A stretch of DNA of 35,011 nucleotides, from contig JBLNAO010000124.1 in the NCBI GenBank assembly GCA_050259395.1, forward strand, positions 1 to 35,011, written 5' to 3'. The DNA comes from Chloroflexota bacterium. Lineage in GTDB: Bacteria > Bacteroidota > Bacteroidia > Bacteroidales > VadinHA17. The number at the start of each line of letters is the position of its first letter. The first letter of the stretch is position 1. The notes under the pieces were generated by a model. The model saw only the letters and a list, made by a program, of their open reading frames with translations, was not told the DNA's origin and made no database searches. This document shows, one piece after another, positions 13,959 to 23,184 of the stretch. A program made the translations under genes and the position numbers.

Positions 13959-15074
13959 ATGGAGTTGACCCGCACGATCCGTGATAAGATGATGAATGAA
14001 CATCTCATGTTCGTCTATCGTGGCGTCGTTACCAGTGAAAACTCGGTTCCCCTGCTTATGCTTCTCGAGAAAGAGATGGAGAATTCGGAGTTCGGCTTTG
14101 TCGGAAGAAAGCGCCTTTTCATGTTTGTCCTCGAGAGCCTTCAGAATGTGTCGAGGCACAACAGGAACAGCGCTCATGCAAATATGTCGATGGTGATATA
14201 CTCAAAAACCGGATCGGGGTACACGGTAACCACCGGCAACGTGCTTCCAAACTCAGGAATAAGCGATTTGAAGAGGAGGCTTGATGAGATCAACAGCCTT
14301 GAAAATAAAGAAGTTAGGAACGTTTACCGCCAGATGCTCAGTTCAGCCGAATTCAGTTCAAAAGGCGGAGCCGGTCTCGGGCTGATTGAGATGGCAAAAA
14401 AAACAGGGAACAAGCTGGATTTTGACTTTGTCCCTGTGAATGAAGATCATTCCTACTTCGTTCTGAGCAAGACCGTCGATGCGGGAGGATCAGGCACTCA
14501 CCAGCCAAATGAATATGCCTTTCACGGGAAATTCGTTATGCAGCTAGAGAAGATCATGGCCGATAATAATCTTTATCTTATCTGGTCGGGCCATATCTCC
14601 CCCGATGTCGGGAAGGAGGTCATTTCATTCACCGAAACCCGGCTGTCAGAAGATGAAATTGCCTCAAACCTGAGGAAAAGAGTATTCAGCATACTTGTCG
14701 AAATCCTCGAGAACGTTGCAAAATACAGTCCCGGGAAAGAACAGGAAGAAAAATACGGGATGCCGATTGCCATGCTGAGGCTCGATGGCAAAGTTTACTC
14801 CTTAACCACAGGAAACCTCATACCGAACGAAAGGGTCGCGCATCTGAAGGATAAACTCGACGATATAAACAAGTACGACAAAATGGGGCTTAAGGAAGCC
14901 TTCAGGAAATCTCTCTCAGGTCAGACATCAGATTCGGGCAGCACCGGTAACATGGGGCTCCTCGATATGGCAAGAAAATCCGGAAGCAAGCTGGAGTATG
15001 AGTTCGAAAAGATCAGCGACGTTTATTCATATTATACCCTTACCGTGAAGGTTGAGGACAGGCAGGGGGATTAG
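13959..15074 (+). CDS. Tandem-duplicated SiaB/DUF6272-like GHKL (anti-sigma-kinase-like) protein
   Basis: Two homologous ~180-aa modules (nt ~13959-14483 and ~14520-15071) show these matches: KRLFMFVLESLQNVSRH / KRVFSILVEILENVAKY, YTVTTGNVLPN..LKRRLDEIN / YSLTTGNLIPN..LKDKLDDIN, and KGGAGLGLIEMAKKTGNKLDFDF / GSTGNMGLLDMARKSGSKLEYEF. The ORF track start 13848 is a TTG in an AT-rich promoter-like region, so the first ATG at 13959 is preferred. Confidence 0.6.
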   Translation: MELTRTIRDKMMNEHLMFVYRGVVTSENSVPLLMLLEKEMENSEFGFVGRKRLFMFVLESLQNVSRHNRNSAHANMSMVIYSKTGSGYTVTTGNVLPNSGISDLKRRLDEINSLENKEVRNVYRQMLSSAEFSSKGGAGLGLIEMAKKTGNKLDFDFVPVNEDHSYFVLSKTVDAGGSGTHQPNEYAFHGKFVMQLEKIMADNNLYLIWSGHISPDVGKEVISFTETRLSEDEIASNLRKRVFSILVEILENVAKYSPGKEQEEKYGMPIAMLRLDGKVYSLTTGNLIPNERVAHLKDKLDDINKYDKMGLKEAFRKSLSGQTSDSGSTGNMGLLDMARKSGSKLEYEFEKISDVYSYYTLTVKVEDRQGD

Positions 15075-15817
15075 GGAAGGGTATTAAATACCAGCTCAGC
15101 TCCGTTCCAGACACCATAACTGCCGCTTTTTATCCAGTCACCAAGGAAGAGTAACCGTGCTCCCTCGCTTAATTCAAGAAGCATTCCAAGGTGCCGGTGG
15201 CCAAAAATAAAATAGTCTATTTTTTCTTCCTGCAACACCGATCGGGCATACCTGACAAGATCCTCATTTTCTTCACCCAGGTATTCTTTTCTGATGCCTT
15301 TCGCAAGCCTGGAGCTCAACGACCATTTATGACCTATGCCCATTCCTATGGTAGGGTGGAGTGAAGAATAAAGTGCACGCAGCGGCTTGTTCCTGAAGAT
15401 TGAGAGCAGTATCCTGTATCCTCTGTCATTTGTTCCAAGGCCTTCACCGTGGGCCAGGTGAAATACCTTTCCGTCAAACTCCGTTGTAAGGGGTGATGTG
15501 TGTATTATCATGCCGCACTCAGATGAGAGGTAATCACTCACCCACATATCATGGTTGCCGGTAAAAAAGTGGACTGGTATTCCGGAATCGGTGATTGAGG
15601 AAACGGTCCCAAGGAAGCGTGTGAACCCGCGCGGAACAACCTGGCGGTATTCCCACCAGAAGTCAAATACATCACCGAGAAGCCAGATCTCCTTTGCGTC
15701 CGTCCTCACGGCATTCAGCCAGGAGACAACTTTCCTTTCCCGCTCTACCGGGGCGACCCCGGTTTTTAAGCCAAGGTGAAAATCAGAAGCAAAATATATT
15801 TTATTTTTCCCGTTCAA
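15071..15817 (-). CDS. lpxH: UDP-2,3-diacylglucosamine diphosphatase (LpxH-type metallophosphoesterase)
   Basis: Motifs SDFHLG, LLGDVFDFWWEY, GNHDMW, HGEG and FGHRH are colinear with LpxH. The only in-frame start is TTG at 15817, 3 nt after the upstream gene's stop codon. The stop overlaps the convergent gene's stop (TTAG at 15071-15074). Confidence 0.8.
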   Translation of the reverse strand: MNGKNKIYFASDFHLGLKTGVAPVERERKVVSWLNAVRTDAKEIWLLGDVFDFWWEYRQVVPRGFTRFLGTVSSITDSGIPVHFFTGNHDMWVSDYLSSECGMIIHTSPLTTEFDGKVFHLAHGEGLGTNDRGYRILLSIFRNKPLRALYSSLHPTIGMGIGHKWSLSSRLAKGIRKEYLGEENEDLVRYARSVLQEEKIDYFIFGHRHLGMLLELSEGARLLFLGDWIKSGSYGVWNGAELVFNTLP

Positions 15818-15820
15818 GGA

Positions 15821-16984
15821 TCACTGATTGAACAGCTGGTTTAGTTTTATCTGCAAAGCCCTCCCGTGAAGGTTTGTCCCGATTATGTTTCCTTCCCTGT
15901 CAAAGAGGAAGTTGGAGGGAAGTGTTCTTACATTGAAAAGCTTAACATTGACAGGATCGAGCGGATCATCTTCTCTTGCGCTTATCCATGGAAGCTCATC
16001 GAATTTTACAGCATTGCGCCATGCTTCCTCATTTTCGTCAATGTTTACCTGGTAGATCTCAAATCCTTTCTTATTGTAAAGCCTGTAGAACTCCTTGAAC
16101 TGAAGATTTTCCTCTACACAGTCCCTTGATCTTACCGACCAGAAGGTGAGTAAGACATATTTGCCTTTAAGAGATGATACGGCAATTCTTTTCCCGTCAA
16201 CGGTCTTCAGATCGGGGTCAAGCTTTGATTCGGGGAGGTTTTTTGCCATTTCATGTATCTGGTTCGTGTACATTTCACCCATTTCCCTGGCGAAATCGCC
16301 TGAGAGAGCCTGTACATGCCTGGAACGGGGGTAATATTTTGTAAGCGAATCATTTACAATCTTGAGATATTGAAGGTCCTTAGGGTCATAGAGCACATAG
16401 GTATTCGAATTTATCCTCTGGTAAAGGGCCTTTATGGAAGCAAGTGAAGTAAGATTCTTTATAATGAATTCGATATTTTTTTTGCGTTGTGCCTTAAGCA
16501 CAGCCGTGAACTGCTCTTCAATTTCGGCGCCCCTTGTTTCAAACCCGGGCTCTGTTGAAGCTTTTGTATAGATATTGCTCAATGAGTCCAGCTTCCTCTT
16601 TGTAACTTCAAGATCTGCATCAAGCACCTTTATTTTTTCTGTGCCTTCAGATCCTGTAACGCTGTAACTTTCGAATAGATGTTTCCCATCAAAGGTCAGG
16701 TTTATTTTCTCACCCGGGGAAGCGAGCAGGGTCACGAAATCGGATGATGAGAAACCAAGCTGATAGAAGTCCGGGATATCAGCCTTGATCCTGAACTTAA
16801 AGTTCCCGTTTTTGCTGACCTTTGCAGAATCGATGAAAATGGGTGTGTCGACATCAACCCTGTTGATTTTGATATAATCCTTTTTCTCTCCTTTTACGAG
16901 ACCTTTTACAACGAAGGTGCTGTTATTCCTGCATGCTGAAAGTGCAATCACCGCAACAGCAAACAAAAAGAAAGTCCGTTTCAT
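15821..16984 (-). CDS. TlpA/AhpC-TSA-like thioredoxin-fold lipoprotein with an N-terminal beta-sandwich domain and a degenerate active site (SRDC)
   Basis: Lipobox VIALSAC. The C-terminal thioredoxin fold reads YVLLTFWSVRSRDCVEE...GFEIYQVNIDE...LPSNFLFDREGNII. The first Cys of CXXC is replaced by Ser (nt 16118-16129 encode S-R-D-C). Confidence 0.85.
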   Translation of the reverse strand: MKRTFFLFAVAVIALSACRNNSTFVVKGLVKGEKKDYIKINRVDVDTPIFIDSAKVSKNGNFKFRIKADIPDFYQLGFSSSDFVTLLASPGEKINLTFDGKHLFESYSVTGSEGTEKIKVLDADLEVTKRKLDSLSNIYTKASTEPGFETRGAEIEEQFTAVLKAQRKKNIEFIIKNLTSLASIKALYQRINSNTYVLYDPKDLQYLKIVNDSLTKYYPRSRHVQALSGDFAREMGEMYTNQIHEMAKNLPESKLDPDLKTVDGKRIAVSSLKGKYVLLTFWSVRSRDCVEENLQFKEFYRLYNKKGFEIYQVNIDENEEAWRNAVKFDELPWISAREDDPLDPVNVKLFNVRTLPSNFLFDREGNIIGTNLHGRALQIKLNQLFNQ

Positions 16985-17010
16985 TAATTTTCTATTTCCG
17001 TTTAAATTTT

Positions 17011-18177
17011 TTATTGCCCGAATATTTCCGACAGTTTCTGTTCGAGTCTTTCTCCCCTTAGGTTAGTTGCAATTATGTGTCCTTCCTTATCGAGCAGGAA
17101 ATTAGCCGGGATCGATTCTATCTTATACAAGGGAACGACAACTGAGTTCCAATATTGCAGATCACTCACGTGAATCCACTTTCCAAGTTTGTCATCCTCA
17201 ATACCCTTTAGCCATGCTTCCCTGGTTTTGTCGAGCGAAACCTGGAAGATCTCGAAGCCTTTCCTGTGATATTTATCATAAGCCTTTACAAGATTGGGAC
17301 TCTCCATCCTGCAGGGAGGGCACCAGGCTGCCCAGAAATCCAGCAGCACAACAGATCCCCTTGTCGATGACAGGCTTATCGTATCTCCCTTTGGTGAAGG
17401 AAGTGCAATGTCAGGAGCCACTCCCTCAGGTTTTCCTGCTGTGGCTGATTTTACGCCAAGACTAGCGACAAGCTCTTCCACCTGCTTGTGAAGTGTGACA
17501 ACAGGATCATAATCGGGGTATTGCCTGTAGAGCGACGAGTCGACCTTCACGAAATACCTCCAGTCTTTCACCTGGTCAAGCACCTGCACGCCCGGAGCCA
17601 CCTGCTGGTAAAGGGCTACAAGGCTGACGAGCGACTTGATATTTTTATCAATGTAATTCTTTGTATATGAATTGAGATCATTCATGTAATTCTGCGCCAT
17701 GCTGTCGAGTGAATCCATGAGCTGAGGCAGACTGTCCCTGTTTTGGTTCTCCTCATAGATCCTGTTAAGCGATTTAAGATGATCTATTGTTCCTCTGAGC
17801 TTGCGGTTGTATTCAGCCATCAGGCGTGTGCCTTCGGAACCTTCAACTGATGACGGATAATTAAGTGAATCGTGATGAGCATTTATAGCAATTTTCTGAC
17901 CCGGCTCGACGAGCATTGTAAGAAAGTTGTTATTATTCAATTTTAAAAGGTAAAAAGAAGGATCCTCAAGCCCTGCCTTCAGTGTAAACGTACCGTCATT
18001 GCTCACTTTCACCGAATCCGCCGGAACCAGCCTGTCTGATTTCAACTCATCGAGCAGGATGTACTCCCCGGGTGTATGACCATCTAATTTCCCTGAAATG
18101 CGGGTAAAATTATCCTTACAACCTGTCAGAACAAAAACTGTAACGAGAAACAATAATGATTTCAGCCTGTTGATCAT
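17011..18177 (-). CDS. TlpA-family thiol:disulfide oxidoreductase lipoprotein (canonical CPPC)
   Basis: Lipobox FVLTGC. The thioredoxin fold reads VVLLDFWAAWCPPCRME (CPPC at nt 17311-17322), then GFEIFQVSLDK and IPANFLLDKEGHII. The architecture is colinear with the downstream paralog. Confidence 0.88.
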   Translation of the reverse strand: MINRLKSLLFLVTVFVLTGCKDNFTRISGKLDGHTPGEYILLDELKSDRLVPADSVKVSNDGTFTLKAGLEDPSFYLLKLNNNNFLTMLVEPGQKIAINAHHDSLNYPSSVEGSEGTRLMAEYNRKLRGTIDHLKSLNRIYEENQNRDSLPQLMDSLDSMAQNYMNDLNSYTKNYIDKNIKSLVSLVALYQQVAPGVQVLDQVKDWRYFVKVDSSLYRQYPDYDPVVTLHKQVEELVASLGVKSATAGKPEGVAPDIALPSPKGDTISLSSTRGSVVLLDFWAAWCPPCRMESPNLVKAYDKYHRKGFEIFQVSLDKTREAWLKGIEDDKLGKWIHVSDLQYWNSVVVPLYKIESIPANFLLDKEGHIIATNLRGERLEQKLSEIFGQ

Positions 18178-18344
18178 TATTAATATGATGATAGTAATTT
18201 AAAAATATGAAGTGCAAAGTTATTCTTTTTTTGATGCGCTCAACGATGTTGAAATTTTATTAACTTACACTATATCATAATTGTGGTTGCATGGATCAGA
18301 TAATTATAGTATCTTAGTTTTTTGAATATTGGAAACGTAACTAT

Positions 18345-20288
18345 ATGGCATACATCAAGTTCGAGAAGGGACAGGTTGTCAATCTTGAGTATTCGCTTTC
18401 AAGAGAAGTCTTAAGGACAAACCGGGCCGGTTCTTATACCAGCACCACAATTGTTGATTGTAATACCCGCAAATATCATGGGTTGCTGGTTTGTCCCGTT
18501 GATCAGCTCGGAGGTGAGAGGTATGTGCTGCTCTCATCTCTCGATACTACCATACTGAACAATGATAAGAGCTTCAATATAGGAATAAGAAAATATGGTG
18601 GTGACTATTTCAGTCCAAAAGGCCACAAGTACATTGAGGATTTCCTTTCAGACACTTCGAGGGTTTACAGGGTAGGCAATGTGATCCTTAAGCAGGAGAG
18701 GCTTCTTGTTCATTATGAAGAGCAATTCCTCCTCAGGTTTACAATTCTGGAGGCTACAGAAACAATGAAGATACAGCTGAGGCCATTCCTGGCATTCCGG
18801 AATGTGCACCAGCTCACTCATGCCAACCTTTCTGCAAATACGAGGGTCGAACCAATCGAAAACGGAATAAGGTCGAAGATGTATGACGGTTTTCCATACC
18901 TTAACCTTCAGCTTTCAGCAAAAAACGAGTTTGTACCTGTACCTGACTGGTACCTTGGAGTGGAGTATATCGAAGAACAAAAAAGGGGATATGAATACCG
19001 CGAAGACCTTTTCACGCCCGGCTTCTTTGAATTCAAAGCAAGAAAAGGCGACATCATTGTCTTCTCCGCATCCACAAAGGAAGAGAAAACTGCTGGCTTC
19101 AAGCCTAAATTTACAAAAAGCATCGCTGTTAAAATTCCGCGCGACAGCTACATGAACTGTTTGCGCAATGCAGCCCAGCAGTTTGTTGAGAAACGCTCAG
19201 GAAGGACGCTCATTGTTGCAGGGTATCCATGGTTCGGAGCATGGGGGAGGGATACATTCATAGCTCTGCCCGGGATAGCCCTTGCAAGGCACAAGCTTAC
19301 TTTATACAGGCAGGTTCTGAATACTCAGGTTTCAACCATGAAGGACGGTATGTTCCCGAACATGGGAGACCATGCAAATCCCGCCTACAATTCGATAGAT
19401 GCACCGCTTTGGTTCTTCTGGGCGTTGCAGCAATACCTGCTCCAGGGAGGAACCGATTGCTGGGAGAGGTATTCCGAAGCTGCAAAATCGGTGCTTAATG
19501 CTTACAGGAACGGTACAATGTTCAACATACACATGCGAGAGAACGGGCTTATTTATGCAGATGCCCCGGGCAAAGCTCTCACTTGGATGGATGCCGTGGT
19601 TTACGGCGTTCCTGTAACACAGCGTGGCGGTTATGCCGTCGAAATAAACGCACTTTGGTACAATGCGGTTTGTTTTGCCCTCGAGATGGCAACAGCCGCA
19701 AAGGACAGGAAATTTGTGAAGGAATATGACAAGCTTCCGCTGCTTATAAAGAAATCATTCCTGGAACTTTTCTGGGATGAGGAGAAGGGATATCTCGCCG
19801 ATTACGTTAACGACTATGAAGGCAAAAACTTCTTTGTCAGGCCCAATATGGTCATTGCAGTCTCAATGCCTCATTCGATGCTTGAAAAAGACCAGATGAA
19901 AAAAATCCTGGATATTGCCGACAAGAACCTTGTAACTACACGGGGATTAAGGACCCTTTCACCCATGGACAAGCATTACAGGGGAATTTGCCAGGGCACC
20001 CAGGAAGAACGTGATATGGCATATCACCAGGGAACGGTCTGGCCATGGCTCTTTGGCCCTTTCTGCGAAGGATGGCTGAAAGTTTATGGAAGGCAGGGGC
20101 TTCAGAGGGTCAGGAATCTTATATTCGGTATGGAAGAAGTGATGAGTGAGCACGGAATAACGACAATTTCCGAGATCTACGACGGCGATCCGCCACATTC
20201 CCCGAGAGGCGCAATATCCCAGGCATGGAGCATTGGAGAGGTGCTTAGGATAATAGACATACTTGATAATCAATATCCTAATCAATAA
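18345..20288 (+). CDS. Glycogen debranching enzyme family protein (GDE N-terminal domain plus amylo-alpha-1,6-glucosidase-type (alpha/alpha)6 domain)
   Basis: N-terminus EWLRTNRAGSY-like (EYSLSREVLRTNRAGSYTSTTIVDCNTRKYHGLLV). C-terminal half: AGYPWFGAWGRDTFIALPG...LTWMDA...YHQGTVWPWLFGPF...ISEIYDGDPPHSPRGAISQAWS. Confidence 0.88.
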   Translation: MAYIKFEKGQVVNLEYSLSREVLRTNRAGSYTSTTIVDCNTRKYHGLLVCPVDQLGGERYVLLSSLDTTILNNDKSFNIGIRKYGGDYFSPKGHKYIEDFLSDTSRVYRVGNVILKQERLLVHYEEQFLLRFTILEATETMKIQLRPFLAFRNVHQLTHANLSANTRVEPIENGIRSKMYDGFPYLNLQLSAKNEFVPVPDWYLGVEYIEEQKRGYEYREDLFTPGFFEFKARKGDIIVFSASTKEEKTAGFKPKFTKSIAVKIPRDSYMNCLRNAAQQFVEKRSGRTLIVAGYPWFGAWGRDTFIALPGIALARHKLTLYRQVLNTQVSTMKDGMFPNMGDHANPAYNSIDAPLWFFWALQQYLLQGGTDCWERYSEAAKSVLNAYRNGTMFNIHMRENGLIYADAPGKALTWMDAVVYGVPVTQRGGYAVEINALWYNAVCFALEMATAAKDRKFVKEYDKLPLLIKKSFLELFWDEEKGYLADYVNDYEGKNFFVRPNMVIAVSMPHSMLEKDQMKKILDIADKNLVTTRGLRTLSPMDKHYRGICQGTQEERDMAYHQGTVWPWLFGPFCEGWLKVYGRQGLQRVRNLIFGMEEVMSEHGITTISEIYDGDPPHSPRGAISQAWSIGEVLRIIDILDNQYPNQ

Positions 20289-20304
20289 TTAAACTGCTTC
20301 AGGT

Positions 20305-21603
20305 ATGCGTGTGTTAATGTTTGGCTGGGAGTTTCCGCCACATATTTCCGGAGGATTGGGTACAGCTAGCTATGGCCTCACAAAAGGTATGGCTACACTC
20401 GATGACCTCGACGTCATCTTTGTTGTTCCAAAAGCCTGGGGAGATGAAGATCAGTCTGTTGTAAGACTGATTGGTGCAAACAAAATACCGGTTGCATTCA
20501 GGAAGGTGTACTTCAAGGGTTTTAAAAAACCTTTTGAGAAAATAGAAGTGACATCTAAAATAGTGCCGTATACCGACCCGGAGGATTTCTGGAAGGTAGT
20601 AAATTCTGAGGTATCGGGCTATCAGATGTTCATCGAGACAAATGATAGTGGCAAGGTTGATTTCTCGGGCAGGTACGATAACAACCTGATGAGCGAGATT
20701 GAAAAATATGCCGTTGTTGCCTCGGTGATTGCGATGGAGAACGATTTCGATATCATCCATGCACACGACTGGCTGGCTTACCCTGCCGGCATTGCCGCCA
20801 TGGAAGTTTCAGGCAAACCGCTTGTGATTCATGTTCACGCCACAGATTTCGACCGCAGCGGCGGAAATGTCAACCCCGACGTTTACAGGATTGAGAAAAG
20901 CGGCATGGATGCTGCCTCGAAAATCATTACCGTGAGCAATCTTACCCGCGATATTGTTATCAATAAATACAACATCGATCCTGCCAAGGTAGAAACAGTT
21001 TATAATGCGGTCGATCCTGTCGCCATATCAGAGAATATGATAATGAAGAAAGGATTTGATGAAAAGGTGGTGACCTTTCTCGGGCGCATTACAATGCAGA
21101 AGGGGCCTGAGTACTTCATTGAGGCCGCAAACAAGGTTCTGAAGAAGATGGGAAATGTGCGCTTTGTAATGGCCGGTTCGGGCGATATGATGGAAAAAAT
21201 GATGAGACGCGCAGCAGCATTGAAGATCACCGACAGGTTCCACTTTACCGGATTCCTGAAAGGACCGGATGTGTTCTCAATGCTCTATATGAGCGATGTT
21301 TACATCATGCCTTCCGTTTCTGAACCTTTTGGCATCTCGCCTCTCGAAGCCATGCAGTCGAGTGTACCCGTAATCATCAGCAAACAGTCAGGAGTGGCCG
21401 AAGTATTGACACACGCCGTCAAAACAGATTACTGGGATATTGACGCAATGGCTGATGCCATATACGGGATACTCAATTACCCCGCGCTTGCCAATATGTT
21501 TATTATCAACGGAAAAGAAGAGGTCATAAGGCTGAAATGGGATAATTCGGCAAGGCATGTCCGTGATATTTACTACAGAGTTCTGGGAATCAGTAAAAAC
21601 TAA
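20305..21603 (+). CDS. GT-B glycosyltransferase, family 4-like
   Basis: N-terminus VLMFGWEFPPHISGGLGTA, then HAHDW, RITMQKGPEYF and the E-x7-E region PSVSEPFGISPLEAMQSSVPVI. Confidence 0.85.
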   Translation: MRVLMFGWEFPPHISGGLGTASYGLTKGMATLDDLDVIFVVPKAWGDEDQSVVRLIGANKIPVAFRKVYFKGFKKPFEKIEVTSKIVPYTDPEDFWKVVNSEVSGYQMFIETNDSGKVDFSGRYDNNLMSEIEKYAVVASVIAMENDFDIIHAHDWLAYPAGIAAMEVSGKPLVIHVHATDFDRSGGNVNPDVYRIEKSGMDAASKIITVSNLTRDIVINKYNIDPAKVETVYNAVDPVAISENMIMKKGFDEKVVTFLGRITMQKGPEYFIEAANKVLKKMGNVRFVMAGSGDMMEKMMRRAAALKITDRFHFTGFLKGPDVFSMLYMSDVYIMPSVSEPFGISPLEAMQSSVPVIISKQSGVAEVLTHAVKTDYWDIDAMADAIYGILNYPALANMFIINGKEEVIRLKWDNSARHVRDIYYRVLGISKN

Positions 21604-21613
21604 GTTCTTCGAT

Positions 21614-23161
21614 ATGAGTGTCTCCAGCAAAAAAGCAATTTGTTTCTATTTCCAGGTTCACCAGCCTTTCCGACTGAAAAGGTACCGGTTCTTCGACCTC
21701 GGGAACGATCATTATTATTACGATGATTACACCAATGAGTCGATCCTGCGAAAAGTTGCAGATCGTTGCTATCTCCCGGCAAACAGGATTATACTCGATC
21801 TTATTAACAAGCACAAGGGAAAGTTCAAAGTTACTTTCTCGATGTCGGGACTGGTAATAAATCAGTTCAGGCTTTATGCACCCGAGGTGCTTGAATCTTT
21901 CCGCAGACTTGCAGAAACAGGCATGGTCGAGTTTCTCGCCGAGACAAACTCGCACTCCCTGGCTTCATTGAAGAGCAGGAAGGATTTCGAAGACCAGGTT
22001 CAGAAGCACAGGCAGATGTTGAAGGAGCATCTCGGATATGAGGCAACTTCATTCCGGAACACCGAGCTTATTTATTCCGATGAGATAGGGTCATGGATTG
22101 CTGACATGGGCTTCAAGGCCACGCTCACCGAAGGGGCAAAGCATGTCCTGGGATGGAAGAGCCCCAATTTCCTGTATTGTAATGTTATAAATCCAAAGCT
22201 TAAGCTTCTGCTCAGGAACTTTGTCCTCAGCGATGACATTGCTTTCAGATTCTCCAACAGGAACTGGAACGAATGGCCTCTGACAGCAGATAAATATGCT
22301 TCATGGATCAGCAAACTGGCGCCTAAAAGCGAAGTGCTGAATGTCTTTCTCGACTACGAAACATTCGGTGAGCATAACTGGAGGGAATCAGGGATATTCG
22401 ACTTCCTTGCTCACATGCCCGGAGCCATCATTAAAAAGACTCCTTTCAAATTCATGACCCCGACTGAGATAGCCGATGCGATGCAGCCGGTGTCGGCTAT
22501 AAGCATACCTTCGCCGATTTCATGGGCTGATGAGGAACGCGATATTACCGCATGGCAGGGGAATGAGCTTCAGGTTGCAGCATGCGACAAGCTTTACAGC
22601 CTGGCTGCCAAGGTTGAGAAGTGCAGCGATGAGCAGATAAGGAAGGACTGGGAATATCTCCAGTCCAGCGACCATTTCTACTATATGGCCACCAAATTCT
22701 TCTCCGATGGAGCAGTTCATGCTTACTTCAACCCTTATGAGACACCTTACGATGCATTCATGAACTACATGAATGTTCTCAGTGATTTTGAGATCAGGCT
22801 CAGGAAATATTTTCCCGACACTCACGAACAGGATCAGATTTACAAGATGGGAGCTGATCTCATAGAAAAGGAAATGATGATTGCAAACCAGGCTTCTGAA
22901 ATTGAAAAGCTGAATAAGAAGCTTGCAAGACTGACACCCAAGAAGAAGGCAGCCACAAAGAAAGCAGCATCCCCGACCAGAAAGGCTTCAACAAAGGCAG
23001 AAAACATAGTTAAAGAACAGAAGGCCGGGATGTCTATTGAAAATGATATTCTTGAACTTTCGGAAGTTACACCTGAGGAAACGCCGGGTGACGTAACCCA
23101 ATCCGTCGCGAAGACCCTTAAACGCAGATCTTCCGGCAAATCCGGGAAAACCAAAAAATAA
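21614..23161 (+). CDS. GH57-family alpha-glucan-active enzyme (alpha-amylase / glucanotransferase type) with a Lys-rich C-terminal tail
   Basis: ICFYFQVHQPFRLKRY, LDYETFGEHNW and SWADEERDITAWQGN are GH57 conserved regions. The ORF opens at ATG 21557 inside the GT4 gene, but ATG 21614 (MSVSSKKAICFYFQ) matches family N-termini. The last ~104 aa (nt 22847-23158) are coiled-coil followed by a K/A/T-rich segment. Confidence 0.85.
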   Translation: MSVSSKKAICFYFQVHQPFRLKRYRFFDLGNDHYYYDDYTNESILRKVADRCYLPANRIILDLINKHKGKFKVTFSMSGLVINQFRLYAPEVLESFRRLAETGMVEFLAETNSHSLASLKSRKDFEDQVQKHRQMLKEHLGYEATSFRNTELIYSDEIGSWIADMGFKATLTEGAKHVLGWKSPNFLYCNVINPKLKLLLRNFVLSDDIAFRFSNRNWNEWPLTADKYASWISKLAPKSEVLNVFLDYETFGEHNWRESGIFDFLAHMPGAIIKKTPFKFMTPTEIADAMQPVSAISIPSPISWADEERDITAWQGNELQVAACDKLYSLAAKVEKCSDEQIRKDWEYLQSSDHFYYMATKFFSDGAVHAYFNPYETPYDAFMNYMNVLSDFEIRLRKYFPDTHEQDQIYKMGADLIEKEMMIANQASEIEKLNKKLARLTPKKKAATKKAASPTRKASTKAENIVKEQKAGMSIENDILELSEVTPEETPGDVTQSVAKTLKRRSSGKSGKTKK

Positions 23162-23184
23162 TTCCTTATTAACAAAATTTTATA

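Noticed and set aside
20314-20766. A 150-aa minus-strand ORF inside the GT4 gene, together with the similar 23257-23727, 21590-21955 and 22840-23247 ORFs.
   Set aside because: All are antisense to well-supported genes and have no family resemblance.
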